In this document: positions 30,138 through 45,358 of the stretch, piece after piece
Layout: every line of letters begins with the position of its first letter
How positions within the stretch are numbered: the first letter of the stretch is position 1
Source: Octopus vulgaris
Taxonomy: Eukaryota
DNA: 64,000 bases
Assembly (NCBI GenBank): GCA_951406725.2
Contig: OX597815.1
Location: 99,448,001-99,512,000 of the forward strand
Direction: 5' to 3'
The notes under the pieces: model-generated
Database searches by the model: none
What the model was told of the DNA's origin: nothing
What the model saw: the letters and a program-made list of their open reading frames with translations, nothing else
Position numbers and translations under genes: made by a program

Positions 30138-31799
30138 CTTATACGTGCTTGATTGTGTATTTGGATGTCCACAAATTCGCTAATTTCACTATGTTGTTTT
30201 GTTGTTTTGTACATATGTTTAATATGTTTAACTCTAGTTACAAATTGTTGTAAAATGAAAAATCTAGTTGATTTTAAAAAAGAATATATATATATATATA
30301 TATATATACATAAATATACATCCATATATATACATATACACATATATATAAGCTATGATTTTTATTTATGTATATATATATATATGTTATGGTCTTTATC
30401 AGATTTTCTTCACATTTGATATTTTCTTTGTCTGTTTTCTACATATTCCGTTCTTTCTGTCGTTTCCTTATTCTTATTGAAATATCTGACATGGTGAAAA
30501 TTGCTACGAACTCTTTTTTACACCCGAGGCACAAATCTCCGGAGGCGAAAGTTCGAGGAAGCATCATTATACAAAAGAAAATATTGTGAATCAATTCAAT
30601 AAAATGATTCGTTAAGCTTGAAGATTTGTTTTCGGAATCTTCCAATGTGCTTCATCATAATCTGCCTAGCATGAGACAGCGGCTAAAAGGCTAAGAAGGG
30701 TATTTTTATGTTGTATTTTTAAAATTTTAGTTTATGTTATTATATATTATATTTTATATTTTACTTGTACATTTTATTTTATGTTGTTATTATTTTGTAC
30801 GCAGCAACAGTATCAAGATTTTTCTTGTCTTTTTGTCTATTGGCGGCTATTCTGCTGTATGGCCAGAAGTAAGAATTGGTACGGAGGACATCTAATAATG
30901 GGTGGGATACAGGGAGGAGTAAAACGATAGGAAGTATGTGGTGAGTGCGGGGGTTTTGGTGAAGGGCCGAGATTCTTCAGTTCAATTTAGAAGGAAAGGG
31001 AGAGACAGATAAATAAAAGAAAAGAGAGAGAAATTTGGGGTGGGAACTAATTTAGGAAACAAGTAGATAGACGGAAGGTGGGAACATAACATACGTATAC
31101 ATACACACAGCTTCACGTACAAACACACACACATGCACACATGCACACGCATATGCATGGACTTACATTCTCACACATAAAGATGAATATACTCTCAAAG
31201 ATATATATAGAAAGACAAATACAGACATACATACACACACATGCACGTACACACAGAGGCAGATATAGACATATAAAGACACATTCTCGCTCAAGCACAC
31301 ACAGACACTTATTATACACAAACACACACGTAGAAACATATAGAAACTACACACACACACATACACATACACACGCAAAAACATGAAGAATGAATAAAGA
31401 GAAGAAGGAAGAACGGGGAATAATGAAATAATAGAGTTTAGGAAGAATAGAGGAAGAAAAGAAAAAAACAAAGAACGAAGAAGTAAAAGAATGTTAGAAA
31501 GAAGAAAGAAAGAAAGAAAGAAAGAAAGCAAAGTAAAGCAAAGCAAAGCAAAACAAAAAATATATAGAAAGAAAAAGAAAGACAAAAGAAGAAAACAAAG
31601 AGAGGGAGAAAACAGTTTAGAAGAGATTAGGAAGTAGAACTAATTACAGTATATGTGTATTGTGCACTCTTTGTGTGTGTGTGTGAGTGTTTGCGTGTGT
31701 GTGTTTGCGTGTGTGTGTATTTGTCTGTGTATGTATATGTGTGTGTGCGTGCGTATGTGTGTCCTGCGTGTGTGTGCGTGTGTGTATGTGTGTGCACGC

Positions 31800-31851
<52 letters not shown>

Positions 31852-32165
31852 ATAAATTGGAAAAAATGAGCAAGGCTTTACTGAAAGATGAATGACTGTA
31901 TGTGGCAGGTGTGGCATAAAAAAATATGGCTTTTGTTTTGGCGGTGACACATCATGGCAATAGCACAGCGGCTTGGAACCAGTAGAAAAGGTAGAGGAGA
32001 GCGAAACCGCATTGGTTACTGAGCTTTGGTTATTAGCTATAGGGCAATGAGAACACTTGGTCTCTAGTGCTATTTATTTATTGTGATAGTGTCATATTGT
32101 CCAACTGAAAAGATACATTGAAAAGTAAGAGACCAGGAGAGTGAGACAGAGAGAGAGAGAAAGAG

Positions 32166-32200
<35 letters not shown>

Positions 32201-32754
32201 AGGAGTGATATAGACGAAGAGGGGCAGAGAGGGAACGAGGACGACAGAATTAAATGAAGAGTGAGTAAGAGAGAAAGAGAGAAAAACCTACGAGTAAATA
32301 TTCGTTTAGATTTCAATGTTAATCTGAGGTTAACAGCTGGAACAAATGTTATCGTTTTGCTATTGGTTTTCCTCATATACCTCCCTTCTTACAATTCTCA
32401 GTCTGTCAGTCTTCCTCTCTATCCATCAGCCCGTCACACACACATACAAACACACACACATACACACACACACACACTCACACACACTCACACACATACA
32501 CTTCCATACATACACACAGAGATTCAGACAGACAGACAGACAGAGGTTCGCGTAAGAACGGTTGTGTTGTTAAGAGGTTTGCTTCGCTAAGAACGTGATT
32601 TCGGATTCAATCCCATCGTGCCACACTTTCAGCGCGCTTTTCTTCCGTAGCTCGGGCCGATTGGTACCTTGTAAATGAATTTGGTAGATAGGAGTCAGAA
32701 ACTCTACTCATCTTGTATATGTCTATGTGCACGTGCTATGTGCATGTGCGTAAT

Positions 32755-32969
32755 GCGGCGAGTTGGCAGAAACGTTAGCACGCCAGGCGAGATGCTTAGT
32801 GGTATTTCATCTGCCGTTACGTTCTGAGTTCAAATTCCGCCGAGGTCGACTTTGCCTTTCATCCTATTGGGCTCGATGAATTATGTACCAGTCACGCACT
32901 GGGGTCGATGTAATCGACTTAATCTGTTTGTCTGTCCTTGTTTAGCCCCTAGTGGGTAGTAAAGAAATA
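32755..32969 (+). mobile_element. tRNA-derived SINE, family B
   Basis: GCGGCGAGTTGGCAGAAACGTTAGCACGCC...GAGTTCAAATTCCGCCGAGGTCGAC...GGGTAGTAAAGAAATA. Confidence 0.9.
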
Positions 32970-32985
32970 TATGTGCATGTGCGTG

Positions 32986-33076
<91 letters not shown>

Positions 33077-33339
33077 TTGTGCTTGTCTCTCAAAGCTTGG
33101 CAACTTGCTTTAGCGTTTGATGTCCTTGTGACATAGTTATTCTATCGTTAAAGACACAGAATGACTACTAAAAATAAGCACTAAATTGGCTCGACCGATT
33201 TGTTCGAAGGAAGACTTTCATTGTAGATCTGCTCAAGCTGCAAATAACCAGCAAAATTTCAGCATGTGTGTGTGTATATGTTGGTGTGTGAGTTGCGTGT
33301 GTGTGTGTTTGTATAGTGCTCCTTTAATGGTTTTAGTCA

Positions 33340-33700
33340 TTAGACTGTGGCTATGTTGGAATACTACCTTGATGAATTTAGCCGAACAAATCCAGTGCTT
33401 ATTTTAATTTTTGTAGTCATTCTATCTGAGTCTTTGCCGATAGAATATCTATGTCACGAGGGCGTCAAACGCGAAAACAAGCTGTCAAGTGTTGAGAGAC
33501 AGACACACAACACGCGCACGCATACACACATGCACATAGACCCATATACGATGATTAGAGTTTCTGACTCCTATCTACCAAATTCATTTACGAGGCACCA
33601 ATCGGCCCGAGCTACGGAAGAAAAGCGTGCTGAAAGTGCTGCACGATGGGATTGAATCCGAAATCATATGTTGGCGAAGCAAAATTTTTAACCACACAGC
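33340..33700 (-). mobile_element. SINE family A, diverged
   Basis: Colinear similarity to 5805-6224 (GACTGTGGCTATGTTGGA, TCTTTGCCGA, CTACCAAATTCA, GGGATTGAATCCGAAATCAT, ACCACACAGCCA). Confidence 0.6.
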
Positions 33701-34959
33701 CATCTGTCTGTCTGAATCTCTGTGTGTGTATATGTATGGACTACACTATCAAGTCGTCCTTTCTGTCAAAAATCTGTAGTATTTGTGTTTGTATGATGCG
33801 AGTGATATTTGGCTGCTATTTCTGCGAATTTGAATCACCGTTTGGAAGAACTATTGTTGGTTCTCTATAGAGTTTATCGTATTTGTTATTTTCAGATCAA
33901 GGTTTGATATGATCGAGAAGATCTACGATCCAAGTGCGACTATTGTCCTTTTTACATATCAGGGACTACGTTATCTAATGTGCTGACTGTGGGGTGTCTG
34001 ATTTGTATGTTATGATCTTTTCTGTTTAATACTGTAGGGTGTTTGATGTTGGGGAAAATTGGATGTATATTCTGAGGTGGGGTTAACAAGGAATACTATC
34101 CATTTTTTTTTTTTGTGTGTGGTATAGTATTTTGAGGGTATCATGGACTAGACACCGCAAAATAGCTTTCAATTTCGCAAATAAAAAGTTATCGCGTGTT
34201 TCTTATATATTGGTGTTACATCGTGCAAATGGTCTTTCCTTTAAGATTAGAAAGGTGTCTTCTGTCTTCTGATATATTAAAGACTACATTAACTAATTCT
34301 TCCCTTATTTTACTTTAAAGATTGTAGATATGCGATTTAAGGGATATTAGGTAGCCATTTCTTATACCTTACAGACTATTTGTAATTTGAAGAGATTTCA
34401 CTGTTATATATTGCAAATCCAATGACGGCTTAAATGTCTCGTCATTACCTGTCATTGTTTAGCCACAGGTTAGGTCTGACCGAACGGACCTATAAGAAAA
34501 GGTATTCCAACTGTGTTTGTGATTTTGTCTGAGGCTTCTGAGATTTTTGATTTTATAAACTTTTAAATCTATGGAATTGGTTCTCATTTCTGAGATGTGC
34601 GATGGTCGAAGTGTCAAAATCGTGTTCAACGTAGTGTTGGTGGTAATAATAGCGTTGCTGCCGCGGATGATGATCTTTTTATTATTTTTGCTCACGTTGT
34701 TGCTCTATATACACATATTTGCACGGATGTCATTCGTGCCATGTCATCACTTTTTTTCAAAAGGGGAAGCAGTGCTTTGAGTAAAATTTGGCTGCTATTT
34801 GTAGCAGCTCCTATAACATATTCATACACAACACACACATACGCAGAAGACATTCTAACATTATTAAATCAAACATCATACATGGCGTTTAAGCCGAGCA
34901 AACATATCGACCGCAACATAAAATTTCACTGACCCTATAATCAGGCTAAGTGGATGAAA

Positions 34960-35710
34960 TTAACGTTTGCAGTGCCATCAACCTCAGTACTTGACTAGTA
35001 CCTTTGTTTTATGGTATCCATCTACACCCTACCAAAAAAGAAAATGTAAAGTAAAGCTAACATTGATGAGATTTGATCTCAGCATGAAGGAAATGCTACA
35101 AACAAAGCAAATTTTGCGATTCTGCCAGCTCGCACCCTCCTTAACCGTAGTTATAATATCGGTTTCTAATTTAGACACAAGACCAGCAGTTTTGAGGGGA
35201 AGGAATAAGTCAACACTACCGACCCGATACTTGACTGGTGCCTATTTTATTAATCCCAAAAGGATGGAAGGCAAAGCCGACGTCGGTAGGACTTCAATTC
35301 TGAATGCTAAGAACCGGATGTCCTACTTATTCTACTAGCTTACCGCCTTCATAATCAAAATAATAGGTACAAGGCCTGAAATTTTGAGGAAAGGTGCTAT
35401 TCCATTACTTCGATTTTAGTGCTTATTTTTTCAACTCCGTAAAGGATGATGGCAAAGTTAGTCTTAGTTGCATTTGAACCGGAAGTAATATCTCTAAGCA
35501 TTTTGTCCGATGCAGTAACAATTCTTCCAGCTCGCTGCTTTAATTAGAGCGATGATACTGGTTTCAAATTTTTGACACAAACCCAGCAGTTTCGGGATAG
35601 TGGGTAAATCGATTACATCGGCCCTAGAGCTTAGCTGGAACTTATTTTATCTACCTCGAAAGGATGTAATGTAACGTCGACCTTAATGAAATATGAAGTG
35701 AAAATCTAAA
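34960..35710 (-). mobile_element. Cluster of about four diverged family-B-related SINE fragments
   Basis: Recurrent (A)AAGGATG...GGCAAAG, GCCAGCTCGC and TCGATTACATCG blocks. Confidence 0.55.
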
Positions 35711-37064
35711 GCAACTAAATCTTAACCAACTCTTAACTAAATCTTAACCGGTCCGTTTCGTGTTCATCGAAAAGTTTCTCCAAGTCATCGAGAGAACCCC
35801 ACTGCGAGAGTGCTTAAATTATTAGAAACATTTCTTTCACATTGGATAATGTGATCTTCGGTTCCAAACACATAGGAAAACGACGGGATGGTGACGGCCT
35901 GAATAAGTGCCATTAATTGGAGAGTGCTGAATCAGCGCTGACCTATACATTACAAGGTCAGCAAAAAATTCATGATTCTTTACCCACATAAATGAATAAA
36001 AGTAAGTCGACCTCGGCGCTGCGACTTAAACTGACACAACTCAGAGGAACTCCACCGCTCAATTGACATAATTCCGAGTCAAATAGATGAGAGGGTGAAT
36101 TTAGTAAGGGACCAACCCATCATACCAACGCCTTCTTATGCATAAATGACTTTCTAGTTTTAAGTAAAAAGACGATGGCTAGCTTTGAGAAAACTGAGTT
36201 GAAATGAAGAAAGTATTTGTGAATTTGATAGCTTGGTTTGATTTCAGTACAGATGAAGCGATAAAAATTAGTTGCATCGTTCACAAGAGGTTTACTGGAC
36301 TTTACAATTTATATCGCTGTTATCGCCATCAATTTCACCCGAGTTGCCGCCATTGCCCATCAGTTGCTATCACCGTCACCCATGACGCATAATGTCGTCG
36401 CTGCTGTGGCTACCGTATCAGCTAACAATGTTACTTCCCTTACTGCAATCCATCTCCGTCGCCATTTTATGCCGCCACCGTCGTCGGTTAAACAAGAGAG
36501 TTGGTTGTTTAAGCTCGTGTTGTTGTAGCCGCGTATCAAATCAAGATGCAGGTTTTTACAAGGAATGGAAAATGAAGAATTGGTTGAGAAGAAAAATTAA
36601 ATAAAACTACAAAAGAAAAAGGAAAGAGTCAAAATGAGCTTCAGGGTGGATTGTCATTGCTAATTTTATTTTGTTGTATTTGTTGTGGTTGCTATTTTCG
36701 TTGTTGGTGTTGTTGCTTTTGTTCTTCCTCACCCTCTTCTTCTCTTTGCTTTCTTTCTGCCCTGTCTTTCTGTTATTCTTTCGTTAATTCTTTCTTCCTT
36801 ATATATAATTGACTCCCCCTCAGGCAACCATGTCAAACACAGCGGATCAAACCTGATTCATATAGCATATATCACCAACACAACACATACACACACACGC
36901 ACACGCACACACACACAAGCGCGCGTGCGTGGCACATGCACATAAAGTCAGAATTATATTTAAACGGATATGCAGATATATACATACTTATACAGGCACG
37001 GACATACAAACACACTCTCAATCAGACGCTCGCTCACACGGACGCATATATACTCGTACACATG

Positions 37065-37142
<78 letters not shown>

Positions 37143-37636
37143 AACACATAGAGGTTCAAGCACATGGCATGGATATACATACAAGCTATAAAAGTACGCA
37201 CACTTTATAATGTGTATAAACACATACATATACAAATATATACAGACCGAACATACACACAAACACAGCACAAACACACACAAATCCACCCGCATCATAC
37301 ATAAACCAGTTTTCACTTGTATATACATACACATGTACCATACAAATACAAACATGTATATACGTTTAATGTATGCATGTATTGACATGTGTGTGCGTGT
37401 ATATATATATATGTGTGTGTGTATGTATGTATGTATAAATGTATATATCTATGTAGATATACACAGATATTCATATATAGACATGTACACGGTGTATGCT
37501 TTATATATTTGTACAACCGTTCATATGTATATACAAACATCTTATCCAGAAATTCAAAATTATAATTGTGCATGTACGTTCAAGTGTGTGTGTGTGTGTC
37601 TGTATGTGTGTGTGTGTGCATAGGTATATATATGCG

Positions 37637-37671
<35 letters not shown>

Positions 37672-37929
37672 ATGTGTATACACACACATATATATATATA
37701 TATATGAGTGTGTGTATGTATATGAGTGAATATATGCATGAGTGTGTGGTTCCTTAATATGAACTATTGCAACGGTATAAAAAGTTAACTCAAAACTAAT
37801 ATCGACATCAGAAAGTAAATCTTGGCTCCGCTCTTTCTTCACTCTCTCTCTCTACTCCCACTCTCTCAATCAGTTGCTCACTCTCTGTATCTATATCTAT
37901 CTCTCTATCTATATCGCTATCACTCACTT

Positions 37930-37971
<42 letters not shown>

Positions 37972-38009
37972 CCTCTCCCTCTCTCTCTCTCTACACACAC
38001 ACACACACT

Positions 38010-38202
38010 TATTTCTTTACTTTCCACAAGGGGCTACACACAGAAGGGACAAACAAGGATAGACAAACGGATTAAGTCGATTATATCGACCTTCAGTGCG
38101 TAAGTGTTATTTGTTTAATCGACCCCGAAAGGATGAAAGGCAAAGTCGACCTCGGCGGAATTTGAACCCGGAACGTAGCGGCAGACGAAATACCGCTAAG
38201 CA
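38010..38202 (-). mobile_element. tRNA-derived SINE, family B, 5' truncated
   Basis: ATCGACCCCGAAAGGATGAAAGGCAAAGTCGACCTCGGCGGAATTTGAAC matches 22541-22771. Confidence 0.85.
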
Positions 38203-38479
38203 CGCACACACACACTGTCAAGAAAATCGTCAAGAAGGAAGTACATCCTGAAGACCTTGCTACCGATGCGTTGAATGCTCATCTCTTCGCTTTTGAGCGC
38301 TATCTTTATGCGCTTATTTTTTGTTGGTGTTGTTCAACGAGTGGAATCTGAGCGATACAGTAGGGCATTCGAAGGCTGTTTGCACTGGTCACAAGTTTCT
38401 ACTCTCTCCATCTTCTCTTACGTAATGCTTGTTAATATCACACTTTCTTAGGAAGTTTTCAGCTGATGTCAGGATCTTG

Positions 38480-38830
38480 CATGTCTTAATGTGTATGGAA
38501 TGAGTTTCCTCCACAGACAAGTCAAGTATCCCAAAACTGGGTATTGGCACTGTTACTGCATATGGATTGCGGGATATTGTCTTGTTTTAAGATCTTTTCA
38601 CTATATGAAGCAGAGTCTTGGATGCCTTATCAAAAACATCAAACACCTGAACGGCTATCACATGAAGTTACTGAAGTGAATATGTAAGATTAAATAGGAG
38701 AGCCAAGTAAGGATCAGTGAAATTGTTCCAAAATTGTAATATCTAATATTTAAACTCTTCAGATCAGGGTTCAAATGAATAGCGTGACCATGTTTTACGA
38801 TTGAGTGACGATAGGCTTCCGAAGCATTCC
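38480..38830 (+). pseudogene. Highly decayed RTE-like LINE fragment
   Basis: IKHLNGYHMKLLK*ICKIK and RLSDDRLPK resemble the RTE post-RT region. Confidence 0.4.
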
Positions 38831-40113
38831 CACAAAATGTTAGCTCTTCGTAACAAAAGCAACTAGTAATTGATATTAGATAGATTTTTAAAAAATGTTT
38901 TTGATATTTTATCGATGGTGGTGGACCTTGAACTAAGATCGTAAAGTCACTGGTCTAAATATTGTAATATTTCTAGGATAACAATTCACCGATTTTAAGT
39001 TCAAAATGAGAATTTCTGACTTCGAGACAAGTTTACTAATTTTTATCAATATTTCTTCCATTAAACCCTTAAAGATGAGAGGTAAAGAGGGTATCTATGG
39101 AATTTAAGACAGAAAGTAATTGGCATAAAATGGCTCACAGTAATGCAACATTTCCTCAGCTATCCTATTATAAGAAGATTACTGTAAATTACAAACATAG
39201 CAGAAAGAGTTCAATTGTAATTAGTCAGGATAGCTGAACAGTCTAAGGTACTGCACAGGATCGCAGTCATTTTGTTTTTCCTGACGCCTATTCATGTTTC
39301 ACTTCTCATAACGAATTTATATTTAAACTACTTTATGGCGATAGCCTACTGTTGCTACACTTCAGTGGCTGCAACCAGCGATAGAGTAAACAAATTATCG
39401 TTCGTTAAACTTTATTGTCAATAACAACAATGGAAGATAAGATGAATCTTGTATATAACACTAGTTCGTGGGAAGATAGTAAGTTGATTTAGAAAGAACT
39501 GCATTTGTACATTGATTATATGTTTATGATTACGTAGTTAATTATTGGTACATTTAATTACTCTACTGAATAACTACACAGCAATCATGAGAAATTACGA
39601 AGATATTTAAATTAACAGATCCATCTAATTATTCAAATACAGTGCGTGGGTGATAATTCTGACATATACAACAAGCTATATCTTATTTCTCTTGTTGATG
39701 GTCGCAGGAGTGACTGAGTTAAAGAAAAGACGCTTTGTAACTCCATGGTTGTAGATTCGTCCCTACAGTTCAATATTTTGGGCATCTTTCTTCTATTACG
39801 ACTTCGGGATGATCAAAGCATTGTCGAATGCATTGAACCTAATGGGCAGAGGTTTTTCTGTTTACAATCCCCCAGTCTCAGAGGCCCAACATATTTCATA
39901 GTTACTGCTCTTACCTCTTAAATTGGCAAGTTATTGTTTTGTAAAGATCAATTTAGGGAAGATGACTAACACTGTGTTTGCAAATATTTTTGTTCGACGT
40001 TTTCACCACCGCTTGAAAATTATTTACAACATAAGCAAAACGTCTTGCTTTATGTCAACAAAACTGAAGTAACTTATAAAGTTGGTTTTCCTTTACGTAC
40101 CGTTTTCATCAAA

Positions 40114-40395
40114 CGTGAACAAAATGAGAAACGAGAACATAAAAAGCAAAAAGCATAGAAAACGATTTTTTTCCGAACAACGAAAGAAACAAAATAGAGA
40201 AACGAGACAAGCAACATAAAGAACATTTCCTTCATCAGTTCACCTCTGGAATAGATAAAACAGGGGACAACTGATGAAGGGAATGTTCTTTATGTTGCCT
40301 GTCTTGCTTTTCTATTTGGTCTTTCGTTGTTCGAAAAAATTTCGTTTTCCATACTTTTGTTTTTTTTTATGTTCTCGTTCCTCATTTTGTTCACG
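40114..40395. mobile_element. Fold-back element with ~130-bp arms and a small loop
   Basis: CGTGAACAAAATGAG...CAACATAAAGAACATT.CCTTCATCAGTT is mirrored by AACTGATGAAGGGAATGTTCTTTATGTTG...CTCATTTTGTTCACG. Confidence 0.8.
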
Positions 40396-40478
40396 GTTTT
40401 TTGACGTCCTGTACCCATTTATACATGTATATATACATACAGTATGTATGTAAGCATGTACATGTCTGTGTGTATAAA

Positions 40479-40538
<60 letters not shown>

Positions 40539-40627
40539 CATATATATATGTATATATATATCATTTATAGTATATGAGCGAACGCCACGCATCCATTACC
40601 AAGTAAGTATATATATATATATAATAG

Positions 40628-40659
<32 letters not shown>

Positions 40660-40699
40660 TTGTTATTCTTAAAGTAACTGAAAATAATAAACTCACTTT

Positions 40700-40735
<36 letters not shown>

Positions 40736-40785
40736 TATATGCATGTGTGTGCGTATATTCATGTGCATGTGTAGATGTGTATTTG

Positions 40786-40832
<47 letters not shown>

Positions 40833-43800
40833 AGATCCTGTTTACATATATCACTGAGGGGCTAAGACAGCTGGAAATATAACATTTAAATTTAAGCAAA
40901 CGGCTTACATATAAGATGTTCAGAATCTATAACCAATTAGCAAGGATAACATTAATGAGTGCCGTTACACGCAGTGAACTCACCTTATAAATCCCAAGGA
41001 AATTTTATACGTGATGAATTCCATCTAAAATTTTGTATCCTTTCGATAAGACTCTATATGTGTTTGTTGCGTAAGATATACGCACACACACACACACACA
41101 CAAACTTTCTCTCTCTTCTTTTCTCCCTCTTCCTCTTTCTCGCCCTCTCCCCTCTCTCTCACTTTGTTTCTTTCTCTGTTTGTGGATGCCTCTCTGATTA
41201 AAACTTTGACTGAAGCGATTTTACTTGTTTTTCATACACATTTGTATATCGATGTTTATATGAAGTTTAAAACATAAGCAACTATGAACAATACTACAAT
41301 CTTACTGGTTTTAGCATATTATATGCACTTATCTCCCCCTAACATCTCCACTTCAAATGCATGTGTATAAAGGTAACCTCCCTCAAGGCGATAATTTCTC
41401 AAATCTGAACCAAACCAGAGATTTTACTGCAAATAATTATATCAAACGTTGTTCTTCTATGAACGTGAATTCGCTGTGATGTAAATATATGTCTACGCAC
41501 ATGTATATGAATACACACATACACAAAAACATACATACCTATATTCATATATATACGTATATATAGTTATATATTGATATATAGATATTTATGTATATAC
41601 ATATGAACATACAAATATATGCATGTATACATAAGGATTACAAATGAATGAAAAAAGCACTTAACGTATATTTTGGAAGACGGTGAAAATATGTAATAAC
41701 AGTTCGTCTAGTTTTGAACTACTTGAACTTTTGTATATGTAATTCTGTCCATGAAACTGTTCAGATATGTAGATAGGGAAGATGTGGCTTCAATTTGAGA
41801 ACAGATGGGTCAAAGACATGTTGTAGCCGATTGTTACACTCAACGCACCATCAACTAACCTGACACATATAGAATATCAAATAATGTCAGATTCCAAACT
41901 TCTCTTCTTAAAAAACTTTAAGAAACGTTATTCATTAAGAAACTTTACAGAAACATACTGGTATTTATATGTTCTACCAATTTTATGCAAGGTTTCCACA
42001 CCCCTGAAAGTTTTAAAAGGACTCTCGATGATGTGCATTGCCTATTATATCAGTATCTTATACCACATCTCGAGGTAACAGAAAATAAAGTTAATTCCAA
42101 CATGATCTCAGCTCAGAAACGTAAAGTGAGATTGTTATCGATCAGCCATATAAGCTCTGGTGAAGTAAACCAAGAGCAAACGCATGCCAGCTGTGACTAT
42201 TCACTCTTTATTCTACGTGCTTGGGCCCCATGGTCACATTATCCAACGTATTATTTTCTAAGTTAGTTGAGGTACTGCAAAGAAATTCAGTGTTTATTTC
42301 TAGTCAGCTGAGTGACGACATAAATGTTCCATGAAGCATGAAAGGTGAGGTGTTATGCTCTAACTCCAATCTGTGTTGGCACATTCTCTCCATAATGTGT
42401 CATCTAAGTGTGCCTCTACTGTAACTCCGATACAACAACCCACTAAATCTTTCTAATGTGCTTCTATACGGTCTCCCGATAGTGCCTCCCGACTATGATT
42501 CTTTGTTACATGTGTCTACCACCACTCTCTATAGCCCCACCACCACTACCAGTATATCAATTTCGATATTATGCTGTGTATCGCCAAACCGTGCATTCTT
42601 AGAGTGTTGTTCCAATGTGACTCTCCTCTATGCCTCTGAGCCGTCTCCCCGAATTGCCTATGATGAATCTCCACTGACTCCATTTTCCTGTGTTCGTTAT
42701 ATCTTTATACTTTGTCCCTCTCTAACTGCCTAATTCATGCGCATAGCAAGTTGTTAAAACATTCACAACAATTTGTATAAAACGGTTAAAGTAGTATCGA
42801 AAATTGCGAAGGGGAGAGGTGGAGAGAGATATACGACAGAATCCAAAGATCGATTTCAATCAGTTATTAACTACGGATAGGATAACCGAGACAACAGACG
42901 ACCGGAATAGATAATTTGCTGTACTTAAGATCAGCACTATGCTACTCAATTTTTAAATGTTACTGAGATCAAATTTGTTTCTTTTTTAATTTTTTATGAA
43001 ATCCATAAAATCGATTGAGTAAGTAACAGCAAATAAATTTGTACAGCATTCAGATAAGTCAAGTACCCCACCACCAAGCCGCAGCACTAACTCACCACCA
43101 CATCACTGCATCATACTCTCTTCACAAAATTTGATTTTGATCCTAAGTAAATAAGTAGTAGATTCTAGTAAATACTAAGACTTATTGATTTACTTTCAAT
43201 ATGAATTACCTCTTAGCAAATCTTATTTAAATATCAGCAGAAATATAATGATTTATAATTTCTAAAAACTATTTTATAAGGTGATGTAGGGTGGCAGCAT
43301 TATGTAGGCTTTACTCGTGGAATTCTTTACTCGAAAGTTTATATGATTTTTCCCCTTGTTTTTAACTTTATTTTTCTTTAGTCTTATCTGTTTTTATTTG
43401 GCATGTTTATTAGACGCTCACTATGTTGTTGAAAGAACTGTTTTGTTGATTTTATAGCTTCAAGTTTGAAAAAACCCCAAAGGAAAAATTGAAATACTTA
43501 CCGAATAAAATGTTGTACATGAGAGCAGATTTTATTTTTAAACGAGAAACTTTATTTGAAATACCTGCTTTCGTCTAACTAATGAAATTCTCTCCTTGGA
43601 GGACATTGTATTTAATTATCCTCCAGAACTGCTTTATTTTTCTCTTCGCTTGCCTAATAGAACATAATTAGCATATATTTACTAAAATTGAAGCAACTTC
43701 TAGAGTTAGCAGTATGGCCACAGCAAAGTACAGTTTTTTTTTTTTAACCATTAATAATCACGAGAGAGAATAAATTGCCGACATGTAATTAGTTGTTTCA

Positions 43801-45102
43801 TGATATTTTTTCAATTATTTTTATGTAATTTTATTTGTTTTTCTTTACAGAAGAAATAGCTTGTGTGAAGCGATAGTCACACAAGTTATTATACAGATAC
43901 CGTGATATGCTTTCAGTCTACGAAATATTAATTATCATCCGTATTGTTGTTGCAACTTTTTTTCATCAGTTACCTACTTTGAATCAAAGAGTTATTAAAA
44001 ACCTGCTATACACTAATCAACTGGAAGCCAGCTTTATAACAAGCTAAAATTAGCATAACCATTTATTTATGTATTATTTTCATGATTGTCTCCGAAATCC
44101 ATAGCTGCTAGTATGACGACAACCAACAGATTACATCTAATTTTCTTTGGTTTCACTTATATTTAACAGGAATATCTAGAGCCATCATAAGAGAAAAAAT
44201 ACGTGCTCTTCGAATCAGCGTTCGCTTGGACCTAAGGCAATGTTCTTGTCCCTGTTGTTAGATCTACTTTAAAATGTAAAATAAATATCATAACAAATGC
44301 ACCAGCTATCTTATCACCGTCATTAGCTGAACAAATATAGAGATTATCACCAATCTTGCTATCTTCTTGCCCTAAGTTACATGTCATCTATGTTTTGTGG
44401 CCGTCAAATGACATCAAAGAATTTGATTGGATAATCAGCATTTTTCTCTATCCAACCAGGATTCTTGCTACGAAAGAAATACGCTTCTAGCAACGAATTC
44501 CTTAAGTGTATGTGTTATGTTTTATGGTATTTTTATCTTATTCTGCTTGATGACAATACCGAAGACAGCTTCGAACATTTTGGGTTATTGTTTTTTAGTT
44601 CTTTTTTTTTTTCTGATGACTAGCTTCTATTTTTCACATTTATTTTTTCAGTCAAGCGAACCCCCTCTAATTTCTCACGAACCTAATTTTGCTTCTGTGT
44701 ATATACTTCAGCCGAAAAATATATTTGTTTCCTTAATCTATTTTTCTTACCCGCTAGCTTGTCCAAAATATCTGTGATGAGCGCTTCAGAGTTTGCTGTC
44801 ATCTTTAACAGTATGTCAACGTAGTCAGTGTTGTACCAACATCTTTGTTTCAACTAAAATATTCTTATTTAGTTTATGTACTGAAAAATAAATTCCTTTA
44901 TTTAGGGAATATTATTATCCAATATTCTCTAATATATGCTATTTAAATTAACTGATTCATGAGATTGTAAAGTATGAATTTTTTTTATTGTTTTGCTTTT
45001 TAAGAGCCGCCCATTTGATTAAAAAAGACTGATTCGTGAATGTACTATAGTCATTCTCTCACAGACCAAATATACGTCTATTTCTTCTCATTGTGTCGAG
45101 TG

Positions 45103-45148
<46 letters not shown>

Positions 45149-45281
45149 GAAACTGCTGGTGCTGCAAGACCTACTAGTACTGCTATTGCTGTTGCTGTTG
45201 CTGCATCTGCAATTTCTGTTGCTTCAGCAGCTATAACTACTGTCACTACTACTTCTACTTCTACTTCTAATACTGCTGCAG

Positions 45282-45358
<77 letters not shown>

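Noticed and set aside
40270-40300. Hammerhead at CTGATGAAGGG
   Set aside because: No helix II followed by GAAA and no cleavage triplet downstream.
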